NCBI GenBank assembly: GCA_963803975.1
Contig: CAWDOY010000016.1
Span: forward strand, 53,399 to 117,398
DNA length: 64,000 nt
Reading direction: 5' to 3'
DNA from: an uncultured delta proteobacterium
GTDB taxonomy: Bacteria; Desulfobacterota; WTBG01; CAIYCZ01
Shown here: positions 50,032 to 59,583 of the stretch, in pieces
How positions within the stretch are numbered: position 1 is the stretch's first letter
How the letters are laid out: each line of letters begins with the position of its first letter
The notes under the pieces: model-generated
The model's database searches: none
What the model saw: only the letters and a program-made list of their open reading frames with translations
Told to the model about the DNA's origin: nothing
Translations under genes and position numbers: made by a program

Positions 50032-50727
50032 ATGGAATCATTAAGCCTGAGCGAAGAGCTTTTAAAAGACATTTTTAAATATGCAAAACCGTTGGGGCAT
50101 AACGAGGACAACAAAAATCTCAATCTTGGTTTCGGCTTCCTTTACTATGGCATGGTGCGGGCGCTGAGGCCGCGCCATATTGTGGTCATCGGCTCTGGTT
50201 TTGGTTTCAGCGTGGTGTGCCTTGCCCTGGGAATAAAGGATAACAGAAATGATGGCATGCTGAGCTTTGTTGACCCGTCCTATTCACTCCTGAAAGACGG
50301 CCCCTTTAAAACCATCGGGGGAAATGGACAGTGGAGCGATCCGGAAAAGGTTAACGAGCACTTTAAAAAATTTTCCGTAGAGCAGGTGGTCACCCATTAC
50401 AAATACCCGAACGACCGGTTCTTTCGCTTCTATGATGAGCTGAAGCTGCCGGAGATAGACATCGCATTTATTGACGGCAACCATGCTTTCCGGGAAGTCA
50501 AATATGACTTTCTCAATGTACTGAAGCATTCGCACAAAAACACCTATATTTTTATGCACGATACCAACATCTACATCCGTGAACTCATTCGCCATGCAGG
50601 GGTCAAACGGTGGCTCAATGTTTTAAAACATGAAGAAGAGTTTTTCGAGATAGTTAATTTCCCCTTTTCATCAGGGGTGGCCCTGGTGCGGGTATTACAG
50701 GAGAACATATGTCATCACATGCAATGA
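50032..50727 (+). CDS. Class I SAM-dependent methyltransferase (Methyltransf_24-like)
   Basis: VVIGSGFGFS, IDIAFIDGNH, FMHD. Confidence 0.85.
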   Translation: MESLSLSEELLKDIFKYAKPLGHNEDNKNLNLGFGFLYYGMVRALRPRHIVVIGSGFGFSVVCLALGIKDNRNDGMLSFVDPSYSLLKDGPFKTIGGNGQWSDPEKVNEHFKKFSVEQVVTHYKYPNDRFFRFYDELKLPEIDIAFIDGNHAFREVKYDFLNVLKHSHKNTYIFMHDTNIYIRELIRHAGVKRWLNVLKHEEEFFEIVNFPFSSGVALVRVLQENICHHMQ

Positions 50728-51404
50728 TTGGCCCTTTGGCAGGGGCTATTCTCATCTTGAGCTATATGTATTGGCGCTATGAGTGGTTTTTTCGCAATCC
50801 TCCGCGAAAACCGCCCGAAGAATCGGGCCTTGTGAGCCCTGCAGACGGCACGGTGGTATATGTTAAACAGGTGCTGCCCGGTGAGGAGGTCCTCACGATT
50901 AAGAAAGGATGCGGGGTCACTATCAGTGACATTGTGCACGAAGATCTCACCTATCCAAAATTTGTGATCGGCATTTTCATGAGTCCATTCGATGTGCACT
51001 ATAATCGAGCGCCGCTGTCAGGACTGGTGGAGTTTATCCGTCACCACCCTGCGGGAATGAAAAACTTCTACATGCGGCCGATGCACCTGAGAACCATATT
51101 CCGGAAAAAGCCGTACTTTAAAAACAGCCTGCATATTCTCCATAATGAAAGAACGGTCACAAAACTCAATTGCCTGTATCGAGGAATTCCGCTTCCCTGC
51201 TATCTGGTGCAGATAGCAGGGAAAAGCGTAAACAGGATAGAAAGTTATATGCGCCCCGGCGCTTCCATTCGCAGAGGCGAAGTGTTTGGAATGATTAAAA
51301 TGGGCTCCCAGGTTGATGTCATTGTGCGCCAGGCCGCAGGCATGCAGGTGAAGGTCAAGCCGGGGGACCGGGTCCGTGCCGGAGAAACCATTCTTATTGC
51401 ATAA
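50724..51404 (+). CDS. psd: Phosphatidylserine decarboxylase family protein
   Basis: FFRNP, SPADG, FMSPFDVH.NRAP, NER, GSQVD cleavage site; ATGA coupling to the MTase. Confidence 0.88.
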   Translation: MIGPLAGAILILSYMYWRYEWFFRNPPRKPPEESGLVSPADGTVVYVKQVLPGEEVLTIKKGCGVTISDIVHEDLTYPKFVIGIFMSPFDVHYNRAPLSGLVEFIRHHPAGMKNFYMRPMHLRTIFRKKPYFKNSLHILHNERTVTKLNCLYRGIPLPCYLVQIAGKSVNRIESYMRPGASIRRGEVFGMIKMGSQVDVIVRQAAGMQVKVKPGDRVRAGETILIA

Positions 51405-51420
51405 GGTATAAGGTCAGATT

Positions 51421-53883
51421 ATGAAAAAAAATCTCAGAAGCGCAGCAATGACCAGGACTATCGTGAAAGCTGATCTGCATGTGCATTCAAAGTATTCCAA
51501 ACGTCCGACCGAGTGGATTCTGCAGAAAATAGGCTGCCCGGAGAGCTTCACCGAACCAACGCATCTATATAATGTTGCAAAGCAGCGGGGCATGTCGCTG
51601 GTAACTATAACCGATCATAACATCATTGACGGCTGCCTTGAGATAGCCCATCTCCCCGGCACATTCATCAGCGAGGAAGTGACCACCTATTTCCCCGATG
51701 ACGGGTGCAAGGTGCATGTCCTGGTGTACAATATTACCGAAGCAGCACACGAAGATATTCAGAAGATAAGGGAAAACATATTTGACCTGGTAAACTATCT
51801 TAACGAGCAGCACATTGTGCATGTGATAGCCCACCCTTTGTACGCGGTGAATGAGCGCTTAACCATCGAGCATTTTGAAAAACTGCTGCTTCTTTTTAAG
51901 AATTTTGAATTGAATGGAGCGCGCGACGAGCAGCAGAACTCTTGCCTGAAGCTTATCCTCTCTCAACTGCAGCCCAGGGATATTACACAACTTACTGAGA
52001 AACATCGGATCGTGCCCCAGTTCCCGGTCCCCTGGTTAAAAAATCTAACAGCCGGCTCTGATGATCACAGCTCTATAAACATCGGTCGGTCATACACTTA
52101 CCAGGAAGGGTCTGACTGGATTGAAGATTTTTTACTCGGCATCGAGGCAAACAGGGCACAAGGGTTTACCAGAACTGCAAGCCCTCACACCCTGGCACAT
52201 GACATTTACAGTATCGCCTATCAGTTTTATAAGAAAAAATTGGGTTTTGAACGCCATGTAAACAAAGATATGCTGCTGCGCTTCCTCGATCAGTTTCTGC
52301 AGGGAAATCCCGAAGAAGAGAAAGGGTTGTTTGCCCGGATTTATCTTCTGTGGCACCAGACAAATCACCCCGGGACTAATGACGGCGCGCAGCCCCAGAC
52401 GATAGAGGGTGCCCTGCGCTACGAAGCACAAAAACTTCTTCTCGATGATCCGCAGCTGGTAAACGCTTTTAAACGCAGCAAAGATGATGCGTACCATGTC
52501 GAGAAGACCTGGTTTTATTTTGTGAATCAGGTATCAGACAAAGTGTCTTCACAGTTTGCAAACCATTTCCTTGATCACCTCACCAGTGCAAACATTTTTA
52601 ATATATTTCAATCCATTGGCTCTGCGGGGGCCCTTTACACGCTGCTTTCGCCGTATTTTCTGTCATTTTCGCTGTTTGCCCGCCAGCGGCAGTTCAGTAA
52701 AAAAGTCCAAGAGCGGTTTACAAAACACAGTTCCTCAGATTCCGGTAATAATGGAAGGGCAAAGATCGCTCACTTTACCGATACGTTTTATGAAGTAAAT
52801 GGCGTTGCCATAACACTGCAGCAGCAGGTGGAGCTTGCCATGAAGTCAAACAAAGACCTCACGGTAATTACCTGTGATGCTGAGCATAACCTTGCCATGC
52901 CGGGGGTAAAAAATTTCAAGCCGATTGGTGTGTATGATCTGCCGGAATACCCGGGGCAGAAGCTTTTCTACCCATCACTGCTGGAGATGCTCAATTACTG
53001 CTATGAAGAAAATTTTACCCATATCCATTCCGCAACACCGGGGCCGATAGGGCTGGCCGCTCTGCTGGTGAAGCATATTCTGAAGCTCCCGTTCAGCGGA
53101 ACCTATCACACAGCGCTTCCCCAGTATGCGCAATACCTCACCGGAGATGCCGCTATTGAAGAACTGATGTGGAAATATATGCTCTGGTATTATGACCAGA
53201 TGGACTTTATTTATGTCCCGTCCCGGAGCACCGGGGATGAGCTGGCAGAGAAAGGCATCAGCCCGCAAAAGATAAAACTCCTGCCGCGCGGGGTTGATAC
53301 GAATCGTTTCAATCCGTCAAAACGCAACGGATATTTTGAGCGCTACCCCGCGGTGAAAACTGGCCTCAAACTGCTCTATGTGGGGCGCGTGTCCAAAGAA
53401 AAAAACCTGCATGTATTGGCAAACGCTTTTAAAATGCTGGTGCAGCTTATGGATAACGTGACGCTGGTAATTGTCGGGGACGGGCCATACCTTGCGGAAA
53501 TGCAGGAGACCATGAGCGGGACGCCCTGCGTATTTACCGGATACCTTGAGGGTGAGGAGCTGGCAGCAGTCTATGCATCGTGTGATTTATTTGTCTTTCC
53601 GAGTACCACGGATACGTTTGGCAATGTGGTATTGGAGGCGCAGGCCTCCGGCATTCCCGTTATTGTTACCGATGAGGGAGGCCCCCGGGAAAATATAATT
53701 CCGGGAGAAACCGGCCTGGTAGTAGAATCCGATCATGAGCTGAGCCTGCTTGAAGCAATCCACGGGCTCCTGTCAGATCCGCAACGCCTGCGGCTCATGG
53801 GAAATGCAGCCCGCCAGTACATGGAAAGCCGCTCATTTGAAGGCGTCTTTGATACAGTGTGGGAACTGTATCAGAGCCAGTAA
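51421..53883 (+). CDS. PHP-domain / GT4 glycosyltransferase fusion
   Basis: DLHVHS, TDHN, AHP, GSDDH; TDTF..VNGV, ATPGPIG, YHT, YVGRVSKEKN, DTFGNVVLEA. Confidence 0.9.
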   Translation: MKKNLRSAAMTRTIVKADLHVHSKYSKRPTEWILQKIGCPESFTEPTHLYNVAKQRGMSLVTITDHNIIDGCLEIAHLPGTFISEEVTTYFPDDGCKVHVLVYNITEAAHEDIQKIRENIFDLVNYLNEQHIVHVIAHPLYAVNERLTIEHFEKLLLLFKNFELNGARDEQQNSCLKLILSQLQPRDITQLTEKHRIVPQFPVPWLKNLTAGSDDHSSINIGRSYTYQEGSDWIEDFLLGIEANRAQGFTRTASPHTLAHDIYSIAYQFYKKKLGFERHVNKDMLLRFLDQFLQGNPEEEKGLFARIYLLWHQTNHPGTNDGAQPQTIEGALRYEAQKLLLDDPQLVNAFKRSKDDAYHVEKTWFYFVNQVSDKVSSQFANHFLDHLTSANIFNIFQSIGSAGALYTLLSPYFLSFSLFARQRQFSKKVQERFTKHSSSDSGNNGRAKIAHFTDTFYEVNGVAITLQQQVELAMKSNKDLTVITCDAEHNLAMPGVKNFKPIGVYDLPEYPGQKLFYPSLLEMLNYCYEENFTHIHSATPGPIGLAALLVKHILKLPFSGTYHTALPQYAQYLTGDAAIEELMWKYMLWYYDQMDFIYVPSRSTGDELAEKGISPQKIKLLPRGVDTNRFNPSKRNGYFERYPAVKTGLKLLYVGRVSKEKNLHVLANAFKMLVQLMDNVTLVIVGDGPYLAEMQETMSGTPCVFTGYLEGEELAAVYASCDLFVFPSTTDTFGNVVLEAQASGIPVIVTDEGGPRENIIPGETGLVVESDHELSLLEAIHGLLSDPQRLRLMGNAARQYMESRSFEGVFDTVWELYQSQ

Positions 53884-54048
53884 TTCTCTACTGCTATTTA
53901 TTTTGGCAGCACTTTTTAACAGCTCTCTTGCCATCATCTCCAGCCGTACATTTCATGTGGAGCTATTTTATTATACTGCCCTGATATGCATACCTGCTGA
54001 CTGTTGACCCGCCCTGATTTTACGAGCCCCCTTAAAATTCTTTAAAAA

Positions 54049-54092
54049 TTAATAGAACGTTCATTTTCTCTTCATAATGCCATGGTACTATT
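54049..54092 (+). promoter_or_regulatory. Putative Pho box + extended -10
   Basis: TTAATA-5-TTCATT-5-TTCATA, then TGGTACTAT. Confidence 0.55.
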
Positions 54093-54217
54093 CTTTTCAT
54101 AATAGGTCCCTCCCTATTTATATACCCCTGATCTATCTCCCTTAGGCATTCAGTAGCTGCGGGGAGATAGATGAGGGTTATAAAAAGAACCACTAACTAA
54201 TCAATAGGAGGTGCAGC

Positions 54218-54391
54218 ATGAATGAAAATATCCTGGACTCAAAATTGACACTGCTGGTAGAGGAATATATAGACAAATTTATTGAGATCCCTCCAATTTT
54301 TTGTAATACCCTGTCTGAAAACAGAAAAAAGGAAATGATCCATCAAGCCTTATTAACCAATACGCCCATAGAGAACCTGCAGGCAGCATAA
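54218..54391 (+). CDS. Unannotated 57-aa small protein MNENILDSKL...IENLQAA
   Basis: SD AGGAGGT, promoter upstream, terminator downstream. Confidence 0.65.
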   Translation: MNENILDSKLTLLVEEYIDKFIEIPPIFCNTLSENRKKEMIHQALLTNTPIENLQAA

Positions 54392-54431
54392 AGCCAGAGA
54401 ATAACAGTCTGCGCTTCCCGGGCATCCTACG

Positions 54432-54475
54432 AGCTTTACGGGGCATGAAAGTTGCCCGTGAAGCTTTTTTATTTT
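54432..54475 (+). terminator. Intrinsic terminator
   Basis: AGCTTTACGGGGCA / TGCCCGTGAAGCT + T-tract. Confidence 0.75.
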
Positions 54476-54915
54476 ATCTGCCTGGCTCCATCCGGCTTGT
54501 CCCCTCACTCTCAGCACAAAAAAATAAAGGCATTAGAGATGCCCACTGCATCCTCTCCAATGCCTTTCAAATAATCCCCTTATGCCGTGAAAATAAATCT
54601 CTCTTGTACCTAATACTCAGTAATTTTTTACCTATTAGGGAGAGGTTTTATTTTAGACACGCACACAGGAGACAAAACTTACTTTTTTATTCTGCTTAGT
54701 TTCATGGTTTCAACGTTCCTTTATTGAAAATACAGTGTCCTATTGGCTGTGGGTAATACAAATTAAAGAATTATTTGTCTGAGCAGCCGGGGATAATCCC
54801 TGTTTATAATAAAACAGTTTTCTCCGGCTGCGTTGCATGATACCGGGCGGCGCAGGCGCAAGGGGTAAAGCGGCCTGCCAGTACCAGGGAAGTTTTGACC
54901 GGGAGTAACTTGAAA

Positions 54916-55083
54916 TTAGTACAATATTTCCGCGAAGAAACGACATGACCACAACGTATAAAGAGTTTTCATCCAGAGTACCATGAGAGTAAATACAATC
55001 AGACCAAGCATCATCTCGTTGAAATCAAAGTCAAAATCAAAATTGTTCATTCCGGCAAAAAGTTTTTTCATCATCTTGATCAT
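54916..55083 (-). CDS. Small single-TM protein
   Basis: SD GGAGGTG; hydrophobic LGLIVFTLMVLW. Confidence 0.5.
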   Translation of the reverse strand: MIKMMKKLFAGMNNFDFDFDFNEMMLGLIVFTLMVLWMKTLYTLWSCRFFAEILY

Positions 55084-55123
55084 AGGCCTCACCTCCCTTC
55101 TCATATGTATAGTTTGTTAAATC

Positions 55124-55417
55124 TTAATTGTTGAAACTCTCCTGAATTAGACGATCTGCAGACTCAGATGCATTGCGCTCTTCATGTATATCATCAGATA
55201 ACAAGTTAAGAAGTGGACATTGACAGAAATAATTATATCCATAATGCAGCGAGTACGGGCACTTCCAGACATTATCATCCATACAGATAATAAGGCCGCT
55301 GGCAATGAATCTGGTCTTTATGTGGTTGGAACATCCGCAGTTCCGGCATGAAAAATCCTCCGGACACTCACCGGGGTTCATTGTTTCGATTGCGCTGTTA
55401 TGAAGGTACTGTGCCAT
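55124..55417 (-). CDS. Small Cys-rich hypothetical protein
   Basis: C..DFSC, C....WKCPY...YG..YFCQCP. Confidence 0.55.
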   Translation of the reverse strand: MAQYLHNSAIETMNPGECPEDFSCRNCGCSNHIKTRFIASGLIICMDDNVWKCPYSLHYGYNYFCQCPLLNLLSDDIHEERNASESADRLIQESFNN

Positions 55418-55461
55418 GCGGTGTGCCTTTCATCTATAAACGCGAAAGAGGTTAGGGTATT

Positions 55462-55500
55462 AAAAGTACAGCAGGTGCCGGCTGGCACCCGCTGTACTCT
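55462..55500 (-). terminator. Terminator after the PHP phosphoesterase
   Basis: AGTACAGC.GGTGCC / GGCACC.GCTGTACT stem with an A-run. Confidence 0.65.
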
Positions 55501-55516
55501 ATTTTATCTGCAGGTT

Positions 55517-57136
55517 TTACTTTTTTATCTCTACAAAAATCGGATTGGAATAGAACCACAGATCCTGGTAAGCTTTTTGGCCATCATTTGTGCCCTGGAG
55601 GTCATCAATGAGCGGATTACCGTCAGCATCTGTCTCATTCGGGATATTTATCGGCAGGTTGGTGCCTCTGAGCCTGAAGTACATGTTATTGCGCACATTG
55701 TTAAAATAGAATTTAATCACCGTCCACCCATCCTCATCTTTTTCCCAGCTGGTATTATCAAACTGGGCAATTATTTTTGTACTCTCGTTGGTGTCTTTAG
55801 AATATGCAGGTGTTCCAGCCGTTGCCATGCCGGTTACATCGCCGGCAATAAGATCAATGTGGTCAACCGTAACATTATCACCATTATTATTAACTTTGGG
55901 GCTCTTGAATCGTATGGTAAACCTTATACCACTGCCCTTTTTGATCTTCATGGTTTCACCCATAGAAGCAGTGTCCTTAGGGCCTTTAAAGAGAGATCGT
56001 GCACTAAAATCAAGCTTGTTGATAAGGTCGCCGTGTACGGCAAATACGTTACCTGAGCGAAGACCGTTAACAATTTCTTCTAAAGAATACTTTTTATCGG
56101 AATCTTCATCAGTAACAAAAGTATGGGTTTTTGCATACTCGCCTGGCCAGAAATCAGCATCATCAGCACTGCTGTGAAAGTCGGAGTTGACATATGTCCA
56201 GAAATGGCGACCTTCGCCAAGGAGCGAATCCCACAGGCCACCGACCTTGGCAATCATATAATCTGCGCCGCCATAGGTGCGGGCTTTATACGTAATATCA
56301 TTACCATTGGCATCCTTGAATGGACCGTTACCGTAGCCACCACGGGATGATTCTTTCTGATGGCCGGGGATTCCCTCAAATCCGAAGCACACATCGGGAG
56401 CTGCGTTGTTAAAGTCGCGAATATGTGCAATGGTGTATTTCAGCTTCCGGGATGGGTGATTGAAGAGAAAGTAGCTTGTGTCCCTATAGTTGTCCTGCAG
56501 CCACTGAGCACCGGCAACTGCGTCAGCATGGGTAACATTTTTCTTTACCAGGCCTTCAGCAGCACGGCTGGTATCTTTATCGCTCTGATCAAACATATAT
56601 TCAAAATCGCTGATTGGTACTGCATCCTCAGCAACAATACCCACGCTTGCATGCTCATGAGAGGGGCAATTCCATTCAACGCCCTGAATTATTCCCTTCT
56701 TTTTATATTCGTCACGGAATTCCAGAATCAGGGGGAACGAATAGTCTTGAAGGGACTGCCAGCGCCACATGGCCTGATGGCCGCCAGACATTATGAGATC
56801 GCCAAGAAAAACAGTGGGGGGAGTGATCGAGGGATCATCCCAGTAGAGACCTTCAGGATTTGTGGTATACGCACCACCGTGCTCAGAATTAGCTATCCAG
56901 TTCAAACCAAAGACATCAAATGCATGGTAGAAAACATCTGCCTCAGTATGGCTGCCGTCTGTCAGCCAGGTATGGTTGTGAAAATCACCAGCCATCCATT
57001 TACCTCTCACCTGCTCCTCTTGATCCTGTTTGGCATTAACCGAAGAAACACCGGTGATCATGAGAAACAGCCCTGCTGCCATAAGCAGTGACATGGTTTT
57101 AGCTCTACTTTTTTTGTAATGGTTTAAAAATTTCAT
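55517..57136 (-). CDS. Secreted PHP-like metallophosphoesterase
   Basis: Signal peptide, GDFHNHT..TDG, SEHGG, G.EW, NHPSR, NSDFH, WFYSNPIF. Confidence 0.82.
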   Translation of the reverse strand: MKFLNHYKKSRAKTMSLLMAAGLFLMITGVSSVNAKQDQEEQVRGKWMAGDFHNHTWLTDGSHTEADVFYHAFDVFGLNWIANSEHGGAYTTNPEGLYWDDPSITPPTVFLGDLIMSGGHQAMWRWQSLQDYSFPLILEFRDEYKKKGIIQGVEWNCPSHEHASVGIVAEDAVPISDFEYMFDQSDKDTSRAAEGLVKKNVTHADAVAGAQWLQDNYRDTSYFLFNHPSRKLKYTIAHIRDFNNAAPDVCFGFEGIPGHQKESSRGGYGNGPFKDANGNDITYKARTYGGADYMIAKVGGLWDSLLGEGRHFWTYVNSDFHSSADDADFWPGEYAKTHTFVTDEDSDKKYSLEEIVNGLRSGNVFAVHGDLINKLDFSARSLFKGPKDTASMGETMKIKKGSGIRFTIRFKSPKVNNNGDNVTVDHIDLIAGDVTGMATAGTPAYSKDTNESTKIIAQFDNTSWEKDEDGWTVIKFYFNNVRNNMYFRLRGTNLPINIPNETDADGNPLIDDLQGTNDGQKAYQDLWFYSNPIFVEIKK

Positions 57137-57276
57137 GATGCCTCCTTTTGTTGTCTTGCGTGCTGTGTTTCTTATTGTTTTGCTGCCCGCTTATCAGTGT
57201 GATTAAGGCTGTCTTGTCTCTCACCTCCTTTCATTTATTTTCTGCAGCCATTTTTATCATGTCACTTTGTGGATTC

Positions 57277-57304
57277 TATAAACGGCGCATGAATTTTTAA
57301 TGAA
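57277..57304 (-). promoter_or_regulatory. Putative Pho box upstream of the secreted phosphoesterase
   Basis: TTCATT-5-TTCATG-5-TTTATA. Confidence 0.55.
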
Positions 57305-57407
57305 GATGGTGAATTGATGTCAGGAGGCGGCAGGGGCACCGGGATATGATTGCGTAAGACGGTTTTTTGCGGGATGGGCCGGAATGAAATTCCGGCGGCG
57401 TGTGATC

Positions 57408-58397
57408 TTAATCAGCGGTCAGCAGTCCCTTCAATAATGGGGATAAATTATTCTTATTCGTCTCCCGCCACTTTTTCCATGCAGCCGGGTCTTGTCCCAG
57501 GTCCTTACCCGTTATCTTTTTCAGGGCTTCCTCTGCGTTATGCCGCACCACCGCATCGACATCGTTGAGCGATGCTATGAGCGCGTCAATGGACGCAGGG
57601 TCTTTTATTTCGCCGAGCGCGGCGGCAGCATGGGATCGCACATTCCACGCGGAATCATTAAGCGCAGCGGTCAGCGGAGCCGCTGCCTTCGGGTCTTTTA
57701 TATTGCCGAGCGTCTCTGCTGCCTGGGCGCGGATTTTCCAGTTTGCGTCCCTGAGCAGCGGTATGAGCGCTGTTGTTGCGCGGCTGTCACCGATGACACC
57801 GAGGGCCCAGACCGCCTCTTTGCGGACATTTTGATATACGTCGGAAAGCGCCCTGATAAGCGGCTCAACCGCACGCTTGTCCTTCAGTTCTCCAAGGGCA
57901 AGCGCCGACAGCCAGCGCACATCAGAATCATCATCCCGCAGGGCGGCAATGAGCCCGTCAATGGAGCGCGAGTCCTTTAATTTTCCCAGAATCCACACAG
58001 CGCGCTCGCGAATCCAGGGATCCTCATCCGTGAGACAGGGCAGGAGATGCGGAACTGCTGGTTTGCCGATTTTCACCAGGGCTTTGGCTGCAGCTTCGTC
58101 GGGAGACATGTTGAGGAACAGATACCGTGTTCCCAGCATGCCAATCAGAAACGGAACAGCTGTGACCGCTTCTTCTCCCAGATTACCGAGCTGATAACAT
58201 GCGCGTGCCTGTTCTTCTACATCATGGCTGTATAGACGCTCGACCTGTTTGCGCACGTCAACAGGAAAATCAGCCGGAATTTTTTCGCGCGGGATGGCGG
58301 TGTAGGCATAGCAGTGCTGTCCGGTTACTGATATCCCCAGTATCGCCACGGCTGTTATGGCAATAGTACAAAACAATGCGGCCCTTTTCCGTTGCAT
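57408..58397 (-). CDS. Secreted HEAT (PBS lyase-like) repeat protein
   Basis: Signal peptide + repeated L.D....VR..AA.ALG.I.D. Confidence 0.88.
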   Translation of the reverse strand: MQRKRAALFCTIAITAVAILGISVTGQHCYAYTAIPREKIPADFPVDVRKQVERLYSHDVEEQARACYQLGNLGEEAVTAVPFLIGMLGTRYLFLNMSPDEAAAKALVKIGKPAVPHLLPCLTDEDPWIRERAVWILGKLKDSRSIDGLIAALRDDDSDVRWLSALALGELKDKRAVEPLIRALSDVYQNVRKEAVWALGVIGDSRATTALIPLLRDANWKIRAQAAETLGNIKDPKAAAPLTAALNDSAWNVRSHAAAALGEIKDPASIDALIASLNDVDAVVRHNAEEALKKITGKDLGQDPAAWKKWRETNKNNLSPLLKGLLTAD

Positions 58398-58443
58398 GTA
58401 TCAAACCTGTTATGAATACCGCGTTTGCTGTTTGCCGAAACCG

Positions 58444-58997
58444 CTACTGCGGGAACGACAGACTGATGGTATAGCTGAAGGGCAGGTCGCCCTGGGAAAG
58501 CCCCCAGTAGCCTGACAGCAGATACACCGCGATGCCCGGAGCATACACGGGAATTATTATCTCGCATGAATCGTGCGCCGTCGTGCTGTACACGGTGCTC
58601 CAGTAGGGCACCAGTTCCCGTCCTTCATAGTGTGCTATACCAATGCCCTGGAGCCGGTCGCCGTCGCCGCCGTCATCGGTCAGCTTTATGTACAGCTTGT
58701 CGCCGGTCCAGCCAATCGCAAAAATTATGCTGAAATCCATGCTCAGCGGCATGGTATTGGTCAGCTGCTTCTGTATGGGAAAATCTTTCATGCCCTCGGT
58801 TATGCTGTAAACACCGAAGGTATAGGGGGTTGCGGCAAGCGGTGCGACGCCGGCTTCACGCTCTGCTGCAGCGTGCTTGCGAGCAGCTTATCTGCTGCCT
58901 GCCCCGTGCTGTATGCCGCCAGCGGGCAGAGCAGCAGAAGCACCAGCAAAACCCCCCTGAGTAACTGCTGCGTAATTGTCGTGTTGTCAAGTGTCAT
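58444..58997 (-). CDS. Hypothetical secreted protein, frameshift at about 58795
   Basis: Signal-peptide ORF 58800-58997 abuts ORF 58444-58791. Confidence 0.5.
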
Positions 58998-59028
58998 AAA
59001 CCTAACAGTCTCCTGTGTGCGATGGTGG

Positions 59029-59583
59029 TTAATGTAGGTTGTAGCTCACTATTTTGAAGTGCCCGCCCAGTTTGATTATTGAGCCGAACAGCTTGAGTTC
59101 CTTTTCCGCGCCGCTTTTGTCCCGCGCAATAATGACGGCGTCCTTATAAACGGTGCAGTTCCGGTACTCCTCCATGATGTGCTTGTATTTTATGCGCTTA
59201 AAGCTGAAGGTCTGGCCGGCGTACTTGGCGAGCATCTCCTGCAGGCCGTAGCGGGATTTGGTGTTCACATCCTTCCAGACATAATCATAGCGCTTCTGCC
59301 ATTGCGGAATCCTGCTGATGGGCAGCTCCGGCCAGATATAGGCACGGTACTCCTGTTCATCGAGGCGCAGGGCGTCAAGCGCTTTGCTGTCGTTTTTTGC
59401 CACAGCCTCCAGCACGCGCTTCCCCAGGTCGTCCATGGAGGAGGCGGCGTTTTTCAGGGGCGGCGGCGTTCCGGCAGCCAGAAAAAAGCTCATGGCAATA
59501 AAGCACAAAAGGTGCCGCAGGGCGGCCCCGGCCGTGCGGCCGGGACTGCCCTGCAGGCGGTATTGCAGATGACGGGAAGCCAT
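59029..59583 (-). CDS. Hypothetical exported protein
   Basis: 184 aa, coupled to the upstream gene. Confidence 0.6.
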   Translation of the reverse strand: MASRHLQYRLQGSPGRTAGAALRHLLCFIAMSFFLAAGTPPPLKNAASSMDDLGKRVLEAVAKNDSKALDALRLDEQEYRAYIWPELPISRIPQWQKRYDYVWKDVNTKSRYGLQEMLAKYAGQTFSFKRIKYKHIMEEYRNCTVYKDAVIIARDKSGAEKELKLFGSIIKLGGHFKIVSYNLH

